From the NCBI RefSeq assembly GCF_022846255.1, contig NZ_AP025682.1: a stretch of 64,000 bases of DNA, one strand, 5' to 3'. The translations under genes were made by a program, and so were the position numbers. The stretch is from Escherichia coli. Lineage in GTDB: Bacteria > Pseudomonadota > Gammaproteobacteria > Enterobacterales > Enterobacteriaceae. This document shows, in pieces, positions 1 to 9,200 of this stretch. Within the stretch, counting starts at the first letter, position 1. The number at the start of each line of letters is the position of its first letter. Below the pieces are notes generated by a model. That model did not search any database. It was given only the letters and a program-made list of their open reading frames with translations, and was not told the origin of the DNA.

Positions 1-918
1 CTCCACGTGCCAGTGGTTTCGGATTGCTGTGGCGAACTTCTCTGCGGTTAAATCAGCAGAACTGATATAATATCTGACCGTCATTTCTGGCTATTTCTTT
101 TGTTCTGCTATTATGGACCGAAAGGAGACTGCCACGCATAATTTCTTCAGTCCTTTCCATTCAAACGTGAAATCAATAAGTTCATCAGGGACATCGCAAA
201 CAATATGAAGACGGATTTCTTCTCTGCCGTGACTTTTTTCACTAATTGCGTAACTGTCATGCTCTGGATTATTCAATTCTTTCAGCGGAAATTTTTCCTC
301 GAAGGCTTTATTTAGCCGCCCCTGGTTTCCTTTTACAGCGAATAAATAATCACCTCCCTGTTTTTGTATCTTCTCTGCAATATCTTTCTGGCAACCCATC
401 GCATCAGTTGTGATGATTTTTCCTTTAATATCCAGCATGTTAAGAAGTTCAGGGATAGCTGTAATTTCATTGGATTTCTCATCCGTCCTGATCTGTCCGA
501 TGACCAGACTGTGCATTGTTGAGAACGCACTAATGACATGAATCGCTCCCCTGCGGCGACTCTTGTCATAAGAATGTCGGAGCGTTTTTCCATCAATTGC
601 AATAACGTCTTTATCATCTGAAGAATGGCAGTCACGCATCCAGTTAATAAAGCACTCGTGAAATTTTGCAGGACTGATACAGGATACAACTCTGGCAATG
701 GTATCGTGAACAGGAATACCATTTTCAAAATCACCATATTGCTTCAAAAAATCGAGATGTGTTTCCCCAAAATCCTCTATATCTTCCCAGCCTTCTGCAC
801 CAGAAATAACGGCACAAATAGTCAACAGTAGAATATCCGATAATTTATGTTCCACTTTCCAGGCTTGTCTGTAATCGGGGATAATAGAAATATGTTCCAT
901 CAATTTTTTAAGTACCAT
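1..918 (-). mobile_element. ISAs1-family (H-repeat-associated) transposase gene, disrupted: in-frame TAG at 91-93, homologous reading frame continues to the window edge
   Basis: 275-aa [29 protein letters not shown]... matches the N-terminal three-quarters of E. coli H-repeat/ISAs1 transposases. Reverse-complement of 1-90 continues in frame as [30 protein letters not shown] after the stop. Confidence 0.7.
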
Positions 919-1147
919 TTTGTTCTCCTTAATTATGTAAGGAGTATTTGATCATGTATAAGCAATAAAAAACAGCTTCAGGTAATGAGGAATATCTCAA
1001 TTTTTAAACATAAAATGCGAATTATTTAGTACAAAAAAGCAGCGTTACGTGATCTTTCCCTGACTGTGTAGGAAAACAGGTTTCCAAGCCCTTCCGAACC
1101 ATTCATGCCTGCAAACAAAAGCAGCTGCGGCGGCACCGCACTACCAC

Positions 1148-1468
1148 TTACTGTGACGTTATGCGCCCCGGACCACCGGCAGCAAGCGACGCCGCCGCAT
1201 CCTGAACTGCACCAGCCATATCCGAGATCCCTGCTGCTGCAGCGGCAGCCTGCGCAGCAGCTACTGCTGCTTTAACCAGACCTGACGGTTCCGGCAACGC
1301 ACCAAACAGGTCCGCCGCTGCCTGTTCTGCCATCTCCTCGGCGGCACCAGATACATCGGTTACGGCTGAACCTGTGCTCATACCGCCACTTTCGCCAGCT
1401 ATTGGTGGTGTGGTGATGACGGGTCCACCGTTTCCAGCTGGTTTGTTACCCGTAGATACAAAACTCAT
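1148..1468 (-). CDS. hypothetical small Ala/Gly-rich protein (106 aa), no recognisable domain
   Basis: ORF with an AGGA-containing putative RBS upstream of the ATG; low-complexity A/G-rich translation; GC-rich relative to AT-rich flanks; lies just downstream of a putative immunity gene. Confidence 0.3.
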   Translation of the reverse strand: MSFVSTGNKPAGNGGPVITTPPIAGESGGMSTGSAVTDVSGAAEEMAEQAAADLFGALPEPSGLVKAAVAAAQAAAAAAGISDMAGAVQDAAASLAAGGPGRITSQ

Positions 1469-1492
1469 GATATTTATTCCTTTAATATCGGA

Positions 1493-1864
1493 TTAGAATT
1501 TAGCGCCCGGCTGCCAGAAAAAATAAGAAATAACCCGCCACTGTCCATCTTTATAATGAAAAAAACATGTCAGATTTAAATCCCCCCGCAAATGCCAAAA
1601 CATTTCTTTGATGGGAATATTTCTGAATTCAGTATTCGTTGAGCGATAGGTGTTTTCAATTTCTATATAATACTCACCGACAAATTTATAACGAGGCTTT
1701 ATAAATTCATACGCTGGCTGACCATAGTTATTTAATAGAACATTCTCTTCAACTCCATTATACACACCACTCGCATTCAGATAAGCATGCCCAGGAATAT
1801 CAGACATGCTATTTTTCGCCCCACCCACTATCAAAAAAATTATCACAGCGTATATTAGTTTCAT
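1493..1864 (-). CDS. putative periplasmic immunity protein (signal peptide), partner of the upstream HExxH protein
   Basis: N-terminal hydrophobic signal-like segment MKLIYAVIIFLIVGGAKN; start overlaps the stop of the upstream gene by 4 nt (translational coupling); no recognised domain. Confidence 0.4.
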   Translation of the reverse strand: MKLIYAVIIFLIVGGAKNSMSDIPGHAYLNASGVYNGVEENVLLNNYGQPAYEFIKPRYKFVGEYYIEIENTYRSTNTEFRNIPIKEMFWHLRGDLNLTCFFHYKDGQWRVISYFFWQPGAKF

Positions 1865-2601
1865 TTTTTTACGCTTTTCACAAAAAAATTAGAACCCGGA
1901 ACCATTCTATTTAACCGCTCAATGACATTTCTCATATAACGAGAGCGCAGTTCCATACCAATATTCATTAACGCACTGGCGTCCCCGGAGAATGGTGTAG
2001 TTGCTTTATCTGCATCATCACTATAGTATTCATCAGCAAGATATCCAATAATATGCCCAAGCTCGTGAGACAGCCCTATTTGCTCATGGCAAACTTTTGA
2101 TGAGCCAAGACATTTAGCTGCTGCAACTATATCTTTAGAGTCAAGTTCAACGTATCGACTATTCCAGACAATGGAACTCTGTCGAAAACTATTTGGATCA
2201 TCATTATCAATTTTAAACACCACCACATCCCAATACCCATGACGATCAGTCTGAATTATTTCTATTGAGAAAGATAAATCCTTACCATTAAACTTACTGG
2301 CAAACTCAGACTTCCCAGAAACGGATAAAAAAATCTTATTATTCCATGTTTGATTAATGACAAAAATAACTTTCCCATGAAAGGCATTTTTCTCCAAATC
2401 TGTCCAGTCAGTTTTTGCATCCCATCTTTTTATCCAATTATATTTCCATCTCAGCAACAATGAGATTGCACCATTTTCACGGTCAATTCTTAAATCTCCC
2501 CAGGCATCATTGTCCCTGATATATCGTTTATCCAGCATTAAGTCGTCATAAGCATCGTATGCCTGCTGAATAGCTTCATCATGAGAGTCACCCATGTTCA
2601 C
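1861..2601 (-). CDS. putative zinc-metallopeptidase-like protein (HExxH motif), candidate T6SS effector
   Basis: 246-aa ORF with strong RBS (AAGGAGG) and motif SHELGHIIGYLADEY; no signal peptide; followed by an overlapping signal-peptide ORF; located in the effector-rich tail of the T6SS island. Confidence 0.4.
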   Translation of the reverse strand: MNMGDSHDEAIQQAYDAYDDLMLDKRYIRDNDAWGDLRIDRENGAISLLLRWKYNWIKRWDAKTDWTDLEKNAFHGKVIFVINQTWNNKIFLSVSGKSEFASKFNGKDLSFSIEIIQTDRHGYWDVVVFKIDNDDPNSFRQSSIVWNSRYVELDSKDIVAAAKCLGSSKVCHEQIGLSHELGHIIGYLADEYYSDDADKATTPFSGDASALMNIGMELRSRYMRNVIERLNRMVPGSNFFVKSVKK

Positions 2602-2801
2602 CTCCTTATATTGCTATATATCCAATAAACCTGAAGATGCTTGCTTACCCACCAACGCAGACGGGACCAAGGGTAGCCTGAAGTCAACAGATAGCAGTCA
2701 ACTTGAAGTTCATGGGGATATTTGTTTCCCCATCTACACGTTTATCGTCATATTTTTGTATAGCTATTCTCAGCATTCGTGGGTAGATTATTTTTTTCCA
2801 A

Positions 2802-2906
2802 CCGCAGCGCATCCACATACCGCCCCTCGCTGTTCTGCTGCCACAACCAGCCCTGCCCCTGCTGCGCCTGCGTTAACATTTTTGCTAGCCAGCACGGTCA
2901 CGGCAG
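2802..2906 (-). repeat. degenerate ~105-bp copy of the 3' end of tagF (direct repeat of 3902-4007)
   Basis: Read by eye: ccgcagcgcatccacataccgcccctcgctgttctgctgccacaaccagccctgcccctgctgcgcctgcg... aligns with 3902-4007 at roughly 90% identity; the copy lacks the tagF stop context and sits between two effector/immunity modules. Confidence 0.8.
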
Positions 2907-2924
2907 GCAATTCCATGACAGGTA

Positions 2925-3398
2925 CTACTCATCCGTACAACCCAGCCCCCGGCGCTGAACCACTTCACTGGCAAACGTAGCTCCGGTTTTTTTCATTATT
3001 CCTTTTTGTATTTTTTGCAGCGCGGGAAATGAGATTCTCCTGCATGAATCCTCTTCCCATATATCACCAGTTACAGGACTAACTGAAAATAGTCCCCACA
3101 CATCTGTCGCTCCGGCGGAAGGAGAATCATAACCTACCCCAAAACTAAAATACCCAGGATGATACAGGTTACCTTTTTTATCTTTCAGAGAACCGTCAAG
3201 AAAAAACCCAGACAATTCCACATTATATTTTTCATTTTTTAGTGAAAAAACCAATAATGCCTGCGCCTGTATTTCAGTAAGACCTGACTGGTTAACAGTC
3301 GTTAGATCAAACCGCGGCACATTCCTGATAAGAATTTCAGCACAACAATTCACGGACACGACCATGAAAAGCAATACTGATATTAATTTACAGGACAT
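2925..3398 (-). CDS. putative periplasmic immunity protein (signal peptide) for the upstream GH73-like protein
   Basis: N-terminal signal-like segment MSCKLISVLLFMVVSVNCCA; overlaps the upstream gene by 16 nt; no recognised domain. Confidence 0.4.
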   Translation of the reverse strand: MSCKLISVLLFMVVSVNCCAEILIRNVPRFDLTTVNQSGLTEIQAQALLVFSLKNEKYNVELSGFFLDGSLKDKKGNLYHPGYFSFGVGYDSPSAGATDVWGLFSVSPVTGDIWEEDSCRRISFPALQKIQKGIMKKTGATFASEVVQRRGLGCTDE

Positions 3399-3853
3399 GT
3401 TATTCTCCGCTTAACCATATTAATCACCCACACTAACTCACTAGCATAACCGGTATGGCCGCCATTACTGTTTTTACCTGAATTAAAACCAGAATCAATC
3501 AATGCCTGCGCAAATTGCTCCGGAGATTTTTTATTTCTGACCGCATTACCAAATCGGATTGCAAAGGACTTTCCGCTAGTTGAAAAAAAGGTATAAGTGG
3601 CAACCCACACTTGATTACTCCCCAGCGGGTGAACCTGTCCTGACTGTAAAGGTGCCGGACCATGCATGGAAAAGTAGTTATTGTATTCTGTCGCGATTCT
3701 ACCCTGCCCGTAAAAGGACTCCTTTGCAGCAAGCCCCAGGATATTTTCCACAGGCACATCAAGTTGCTTAGCGATTAATTCACATTCTTTCAGATATTGC
3801 TGTACAAACCTGACTGCACCAGTGTTATTACAGGCTTTATCATAAGACCCCAT
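3383..3853 (-). CDS. GH73-like (FlgJ-type) N-acetylglucosaminidase-like protein, candidate peptidoglycan-targeting T6SS effector
   Basis: 156 aa, no signal peptide, RBS AAGGAG; motif LGLAAKESFYGQG...YNNYFSMHG resembles the GH73 catalytic region (AQAALESGWG...NNLFGIK) recalled from memory; immediately downstream of tagF. Confidence 0.45.
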   Translation of the reverse strand: MGSYDKACNNTGAVRFVQQYLKECELIAKQLDVPVENILGLAAKESFYGQGRIATEYNNYFSMHGPAPLQSGQVHPLGSNQVWVATYTFFSTSGKSFAIRFGNAVRNKKSPEQFAQALIDSGFNSGKNSNGGHTGYASELVWVINMVKRRITCPVN

Positions 3854-3880
3854 GATTCACTACTCCTTGTCTGATTATTT

Positions 3881-4651
3881 TTAATGCGGCCGGATATCCA
3901 GCCGCAACGCATCCACATACCGCCCCTCGCTGTTCTGCTGCCAGAACCAGCCCTGCCCCTGCTGCGCCTGCGTCAGCATTTTGTCCGGCCAGCCCGGCCA
4001 CGGCAGGTGGCGCACACCGGGCAGTTCCACTACCGGCACGTCCGGCAGGCCGGTGAGTTCCCGGCTACGCTGCGGTACACGTCGTAAGCCGCGTAGCCAC
4101 TGCGCCCAGCGCGGCCCCGGTCGCCACATCGCCCAGAGCTGGTCTGTCTGCTCCGCCAGTCGACCGCAGCGTTCTGTCTGTGGTGAGACATGAGCTGCCG
4201 TCAACTGCGCCAGCCAGTACAGCCAGCCCTGTGTGTCATCCAGGCTCTCTTCCAGCCATTCCCGCCCGACACGCTGGTAAATCACCAGTGGCCACGGCCT
4301 GCCCGTACTGTCACGCGAGGCGGTCAGGACCCCGGTCAGCCACTCATCGCGCCCGCCAATGGGGAGAAATCCCGGCGACAGCACAAAACTCCACGGCAAT
4401 GGGTGGTGCTCCGGTAGTGCCGTTTTCTCACGTGGTGACAGGTGCATCCAGCCGTCATTTGTTCCGGCCTTCGCAGCATCCGTTCCTTCCGGCAGAACAA
4501 TATGCCGTCCCTGTCCCAGCCACGTTTGCTGGTTCAGCCACGCCTGCCACACCTGCCCTTCGTTCGCGCTCACTCGCCAGCGCACATAGTCCCGCTGGTC
4601 CGGCAGTCTGCCGAACATCGCCGGGGCCGATATCTCTGCCCGGCGCATCAC
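3881..4651 (-). CDS. tagF: T6SS-associated protein TagF (ImpM family)
   Basis: N-terminal FGRLPDQRDYVRW matches the TagF signature (FGKLPxxGDFVxR); W-rich, GC-rich ORF downstream of the tssM/tae4 block. True start may be the internal Met of AMFGRLP. Confidence 0.6.
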   Translation of the reverse strand: MMRRAEISAPAMFGRLPDQRDYVRWRVSANEGQVWQAWLNQQTWLGQGRHIVLPEGTDAAKAGTNDGWMHLSPREKTALPEHHPLPWSFVLSPGFLPIGGRDEWLTGVLTASRDSTGRPWPLVIYQRVGREWLEESLDDTQGWLYWLAQLTAAHVSPQTERCGRLAEQTDQLWAMWRPGPRWAQWLRGLRRVPQRSRELTGLPDVPVVELPGVRHLPWPGWPDKMLTQAQQGQGWFWQQNSEGRYVDALRLDIRPH

Positions 4652-4836
4652 AACGTCCTTACCGGACAGGTGAAGTTTTTCAGCAATTCCCGGTAATACA
4701 GAACATAATTCTTCATTTCAATAATAAAGTCAGATATCAGGATTAATTTTCTTCCACAGGAATCAGAGCATTTATAATAAAATCGCTCAGGCATCCCCCC
4801 AACAAAGAGAACAGGAATCAGCTTCCAATAAAATTG

Positions 4837-5313
4837 TTAATTCAGTTCCCAGAACCAGATTTCCTTGCAGCTAAAATAGCAATGTGAATGACATATAGCA
4901 CCTGTGGTAGAAGGCTCAATAAGATCTATATGACCGCCACCGTAACCCGTAATTTTCCAGAAAAAGACCACTCCTCTTTTATTACTGGTGTCTGTTTTAA
5001 ATTTTTCTGAGTCACACCAGATAACTGGTCTTCCAAAAACATCAGCTCGGGAAAGCTGATCTGCCAGTAATTTCGCACCGGTTTCTATTTTCTTCCCTTT
5101 CCAGTCACCACTTTTGATCGTCAGTCGCCCGTTAAAGCTGACGCCTGATTTAATCAGCGCCAGACTCATACGTGTGGCACAGGTATTTACATAACCAGCA
5201 TTTTGCTGTTGCAGTGCTTCATAGTTATAACCCACTTCACTGTACAAAACATCACCATCAATCTGAACTGATGAGTAATGGTTTTTTTTAAGTGTGAAAA
5301 ATGAAGGTTTCAT
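4837..5313 (-). CDS. tae4: Tae4-family peptidoglycan amidase effector
   Basis: 158 aa; motif NTCATRMSLALIKSG matches the Tae4 catalytic Cys region (NACPIRMSYVLN) and GGGHIDL the His region, by recall of Salmonella/Enterobacter Tae4; no signal peptide; start overlaps the stop of the upstream signal-peptide gene. Confidence 0.65.
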   Translation of the reverse strand: MKPSFFTLKKNHYSSVQIDGDVLYSEVGYNYEALQQQNAGYVNTCATRMSLALIKSGVSFNGRLTIKSGDWKGKKIETGAKLLADQLSRADVFGRPVIWCDSEKFKTDTSNKRGVVFFWKITGYGGGHIDLIEPSTTGAICHSHCYFSCKEIWFWELN

Positions 5314-6005
5314 TTATTATTTCCTTTATCACAGGAGTGTTTACTTAGTGCCTCAATAATAATATTTGCAGCCCGTTCATTCAGTTTATCTGACGTTTTT
5401 TTTCTGAAATACCAGTAAATAATCTCATCCAGTGTAACTGTTTTAATCGTTTTATAATCGCACCATGTTTTTCTTTCCGTGGCATCTTCTATACCCAAAA
5501 GATAGATTTTCGCATTAAGCCTATCCTGCCTGTTATCTGACTGCCAGAAGCGGAAAAAATCATCTCCGTTCAGATCGAACGCGCCAGAGGTCAGGTGTGA
5601 AACAGATGAATGCCGGGGAGATTTTTTTTCCGGTGATGCCATATCCGGGCAGGGAAACAGCCTGACCATCGCTTGTTCAATCAGAGTTGAAGCTCGCATA
5701 TTCATATCGTTAACCGACTGCTGATTAAGATATGTCAGTACCGATGAATAAAGTTCTATTTCATTAATCTTATTATATCCACACCAGGTTTTACTTTCTG
5801 TCGCATCACTCACACCAAGGACATACATCAGAACATTTTCTTTTTCCTGTGACGTTCCACGAGCATAAAATGACAAAAATTCCTGCGCACTGAGATTAAT
5901 ATAATCGGGGTCAATAGTTCCTGTGTTTTTTCTGATATCAGCAAAAACATTTCCTGACATGGCATATAACAAAAAAATAATAAAAAAACGCGTATATTGT
6001 TGCAT
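5310..6005 (-). CDS. tai4: Tai4-like periplasmic immunity protein, internally tandem-duplicated (two homologous domains)
   Basis: Signal peptide MQQYTRFFIIFLLYAMSGNVFA; the two halves are visibly homologous (…VLMYVLGVSDATESKTWCGYNKI… versus …KIYLLGIEDATERKTWCDYKTI…); 4-nt overlap with tae4. Confidence 0.5.
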   Translation of the reverse strand: MQQYTRFFIIFLLYAMSGNVFADIRKNTGTIDPDYINLSAQEFLSFYARGTSQEKENVLMYVLGVSDATESKTWCGYNKINEIELYSSVLTYLNQQSVNDMNMRASTLIEQAMVRLFPCPDMASPEKKSPRHSSVSHLTSGAFDLNGDDFFRFWQSDNRQDRLNAKIYLLGIEDATERKTWCDYKTIKTVTLDEIIYWYFRKKTSDKLNERAANIIIEALSKHSCDKGNNK

Positions 6006-6251
6006 ATCATGCTTCCTGAATCACGGTAGTAGGATGGTCGCTATAACGTCGGTTTAAGAAAGTTTATAGTTTTGTTGCGTCGTTGCCCTGCCATCTCAGT
6101 ATATAAGTGACATTAATGGTGCCTTTTTGCTCACCTGGTGTAACGGCCTGTTTTAGCATACAACTCCACGTCAAGACATCCGTGAATGCAGCCTTTAGCA
6201 TAGTCACATGGGTCCGGTAGTCTGCCAACGATACTGCCGCCGCCCGGCGTA

Positions 6252-9200
6252 TCACAGCGCTCGCTCCGGGCAGGCGAAGCGTTGTAATAGTCCGCGATCC
6301 ACTGGGTCAAAATCCCGTCCGGCGGTGATTTCCAGTATCACCCGCCGCCCGTCAAAGCTGTACTCCACCTGCTGTGTTCCCCGTACCGCCGTTTCTTGCG
6401 CTTTTCCCGCATCCAGCAGGTGAAACAGCGCCCACGGTCCATTAGTCAGCAGCGTCGAGGTGTCCTGGCGGATGCGCGGGCTGGCGGTTATTTCCGCCAT
6501 TGAGCCGTTGCGCGGACCCGGCCAGTTCACTTTCAGCGGCCTGACCGGGCCGTGAGCGTAACGCAGTACCTGGCCGTCAATGTCAATCACCAGTTCGGTG
6601 ATGGCCGGGTCCATATCCACGACGCGGACCTGCATCGCCCATGAGAACTTTTTCCCTCCGTCGCCGTTAAAAAACACGCTGCGGATCTGTTTCGCCTCCT
6701 GAAACGGCGTCAGGTCTGGACCCTGTAAGGTCATGTTGCCTTCGGTCGGTTTGTAGCGCCACGGGTTGCTGGCGGTATCCGCCAGTGGGGCCAGTTGCTT
6801 CGTCCAGAAGGCATCCAGCACGCCGCCGCTGGCAAAGATACGGTTAAAATCGTCCGCGCTGACCTCCTGCGGGCTGTCGGTGAAGGGGTAGCGCCCGTCG
6901 ATGGCGTCGCGGCACTCATCACCGATCACCGCCTCCATCTGCGCGTTCAGCACTTCACCGGTGCCGGCGTTGATTTTTCGCGTTCCCTGCTGCGTGAGAT
7001 CCAGCAGAATATTTTTCAGCGGCGCGGGCAGTTTTGCCGCCTCCAGTTGCAGTTTATCCGCCGCAGAAATGCGCCCCGGCAGAGTGCTCGCAGCCAGCGC
7101 ACTGTCGGCAATGGTGAGCTGGGTGTAGTACTCATTGAGCATCGTCAGCAGCGAATTTAATTGCGGCACGCCGCCGCCCTGCCCGCTGTCCGTCTGCCCG
7201 GAAACCACTTCCCGCAGGGCGGCGAAACGGTCATCCACCAGTGATTTTTCCAGCCGCTCTTCCGGGTGAATGTCCTGCAACAGCTTCGCCGTCTGCACCG
7301 CTTTTCCCGCATTGCCGGAGAGCCGGTCCTGCGCGCGCTGGGCCATCTGCTTTTGTCTGGCCTGCGCATTCAGCGGCGGCACCAGCGTGGTCTGCTCCAC
7401 CACCGCTTTACTCAGGCGCATCAGCGGGGAATCCGGCGAGGCCAGAGTACGCAGCACCTGAAGGTCATACGCTAGTCCAGGGCTACCGTCCTCCCCGGCG
7501 CTGTTGATGCTGTGAATGCTTGCCAGAAAATCCTGCCATCGGCGAGCATATTCAGCCAGGTACAGACGACGTACCTCACGGGTAACCGGGAGTTCCTGCC
7601 CCGGCAACTGGCTCATCACAATATCAGTCGTTTTTTTTTGCGCACTTTCCCGGCCCATCACCCAGGCGTCGTCCGCTGATGCGGCGGCGACAAACTCCGA
7701 CAGCCGTTTGTCGAACAGTTCCCGGTAGCCTTCGCGGGTGAAGATGCCGGGCACGCCCCTGTCCAGCGGCGCGCCATCCGTGCGGACAAAAACTGTTCCC
7801 GCATCCGCGCCCACAGCGCGAACCAGCGAAAACTCCTGCGGTGCTTCGCTCTCCATGGAAGCCAGGGCTCGAGTGTAGATACGCTCAGTGCTGGTATGGC
7901 CGTCAAGGAAGGCCCGCGCCTGGCGGATCAGCCCCTCATCTTTTTCCCAGGGCGAATGCACCACGCGGCTGCCGTCAAACAGGGCGTCAATATGCTCCAG
8001 CACGGCTGCGCGACCGCCAAACTCCGCTACGCTGTCGCGGTTGTCCAGATCGTTCAGCACCCAGGCGTGGATCTCCGCCGCGTTGTATTTGTCCTCGTGG
8101 TCCTTATCGAGGTTCAGCAGCAGATAAACATGCAGGGCGTCATAGGCGGCTTTGCTGTCCTGACGCGCAATCGCATCTGAAAGCACGTATTCCATTCGTT
8201 TCACCAGCGGAGGGAGCAGTAGCTGGTCCAGCAGGCGGTCATACAGGGATGCGACACTCTCCATCACCGGCGGGACGCTGTAAAGACCATAACGCCAGGC
8301 CAGCGGCGGCGAGTCCGGGTCCAGCCCCGGCCAGGCAGAGAGCGCCCGCGCCTGGTTCAGCAGGGCCGGAACAGGCTGCATAGCAGGTTTTCCGGTATAG
8401 GCTTTGACATCACCATCCAGTTGGGTCGTCCGGCTGGCGATTTCATTCAGATAACCGCTGTTACCCTGCTGGCTACCCTGCATTCCCTGCCACAACCAGA
8501 AAGCCAGCGCCAATACCAGCAGATGCCCGCCGGTACGCAGCAGGCGATAACGCCAGGCCCATTGAAGATTCGGCTCCACCAGGTGCGCTTCGCGGAAGAT
8601 AAACTGCGTCAGTAGATCGTGCAGGAAATAGCTGCGGTTGCCGTCCGGCAGGGTATGGGATGGGGAATCCGCCTTCCCTTTGATCGCCCGGACAAAACGC
8701 TGCCAGATGCCCGTCTGATCGGCCACCGCGTCTGCCTGCGCCTGCGCGGCACTGGTGAAAAATACGCCGCGCAGGGTGTTGTTAAGCTGGGTAGCATCAA
8801 ATTTTGAATCGAGGAAAATCTGTTCAATAGCTTCCAGCAGCGGCGCACCCAGCGCGGCAAATTCACGCGGGAAGCGGTAGAGCCGCTGACGGCTTTTAAG
8901 GTCATATTCTTCCTGCAACCGGGTATCCAGCCCCTGATCCAGCCGCTGTGTCAGGTTTGCCAGTTCCCGGCCACAGAGCGCATGCAGCGACTGCGGATCG
9001 CTGGCGTGACGCCTGCGGCTGTAAGGCAGGGTGAAGCCCCAGACCTGGGCTCGCAGGTGACTGGTCAACCCACGGAAATACTCCGTAAAGCCCGGCAGCA
9101 GATCCATCTTGGTGACAACCAGATAGACCGGAAAACGAATGCCCAGCGTCTCCCGCAGTTCCGCCAGCCGCGCACGCAGAGCTGCACAGGCAGCCAGCCG

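Noticed and set aside
6064-6255. 63-aa ORF in the spacer between tssM and the tai4-like gene
   Set aside because: No convincing RBS; it lies in the tssM 3' flank and has no recognisable features. More likely non-coding promoter or spacer sequence.
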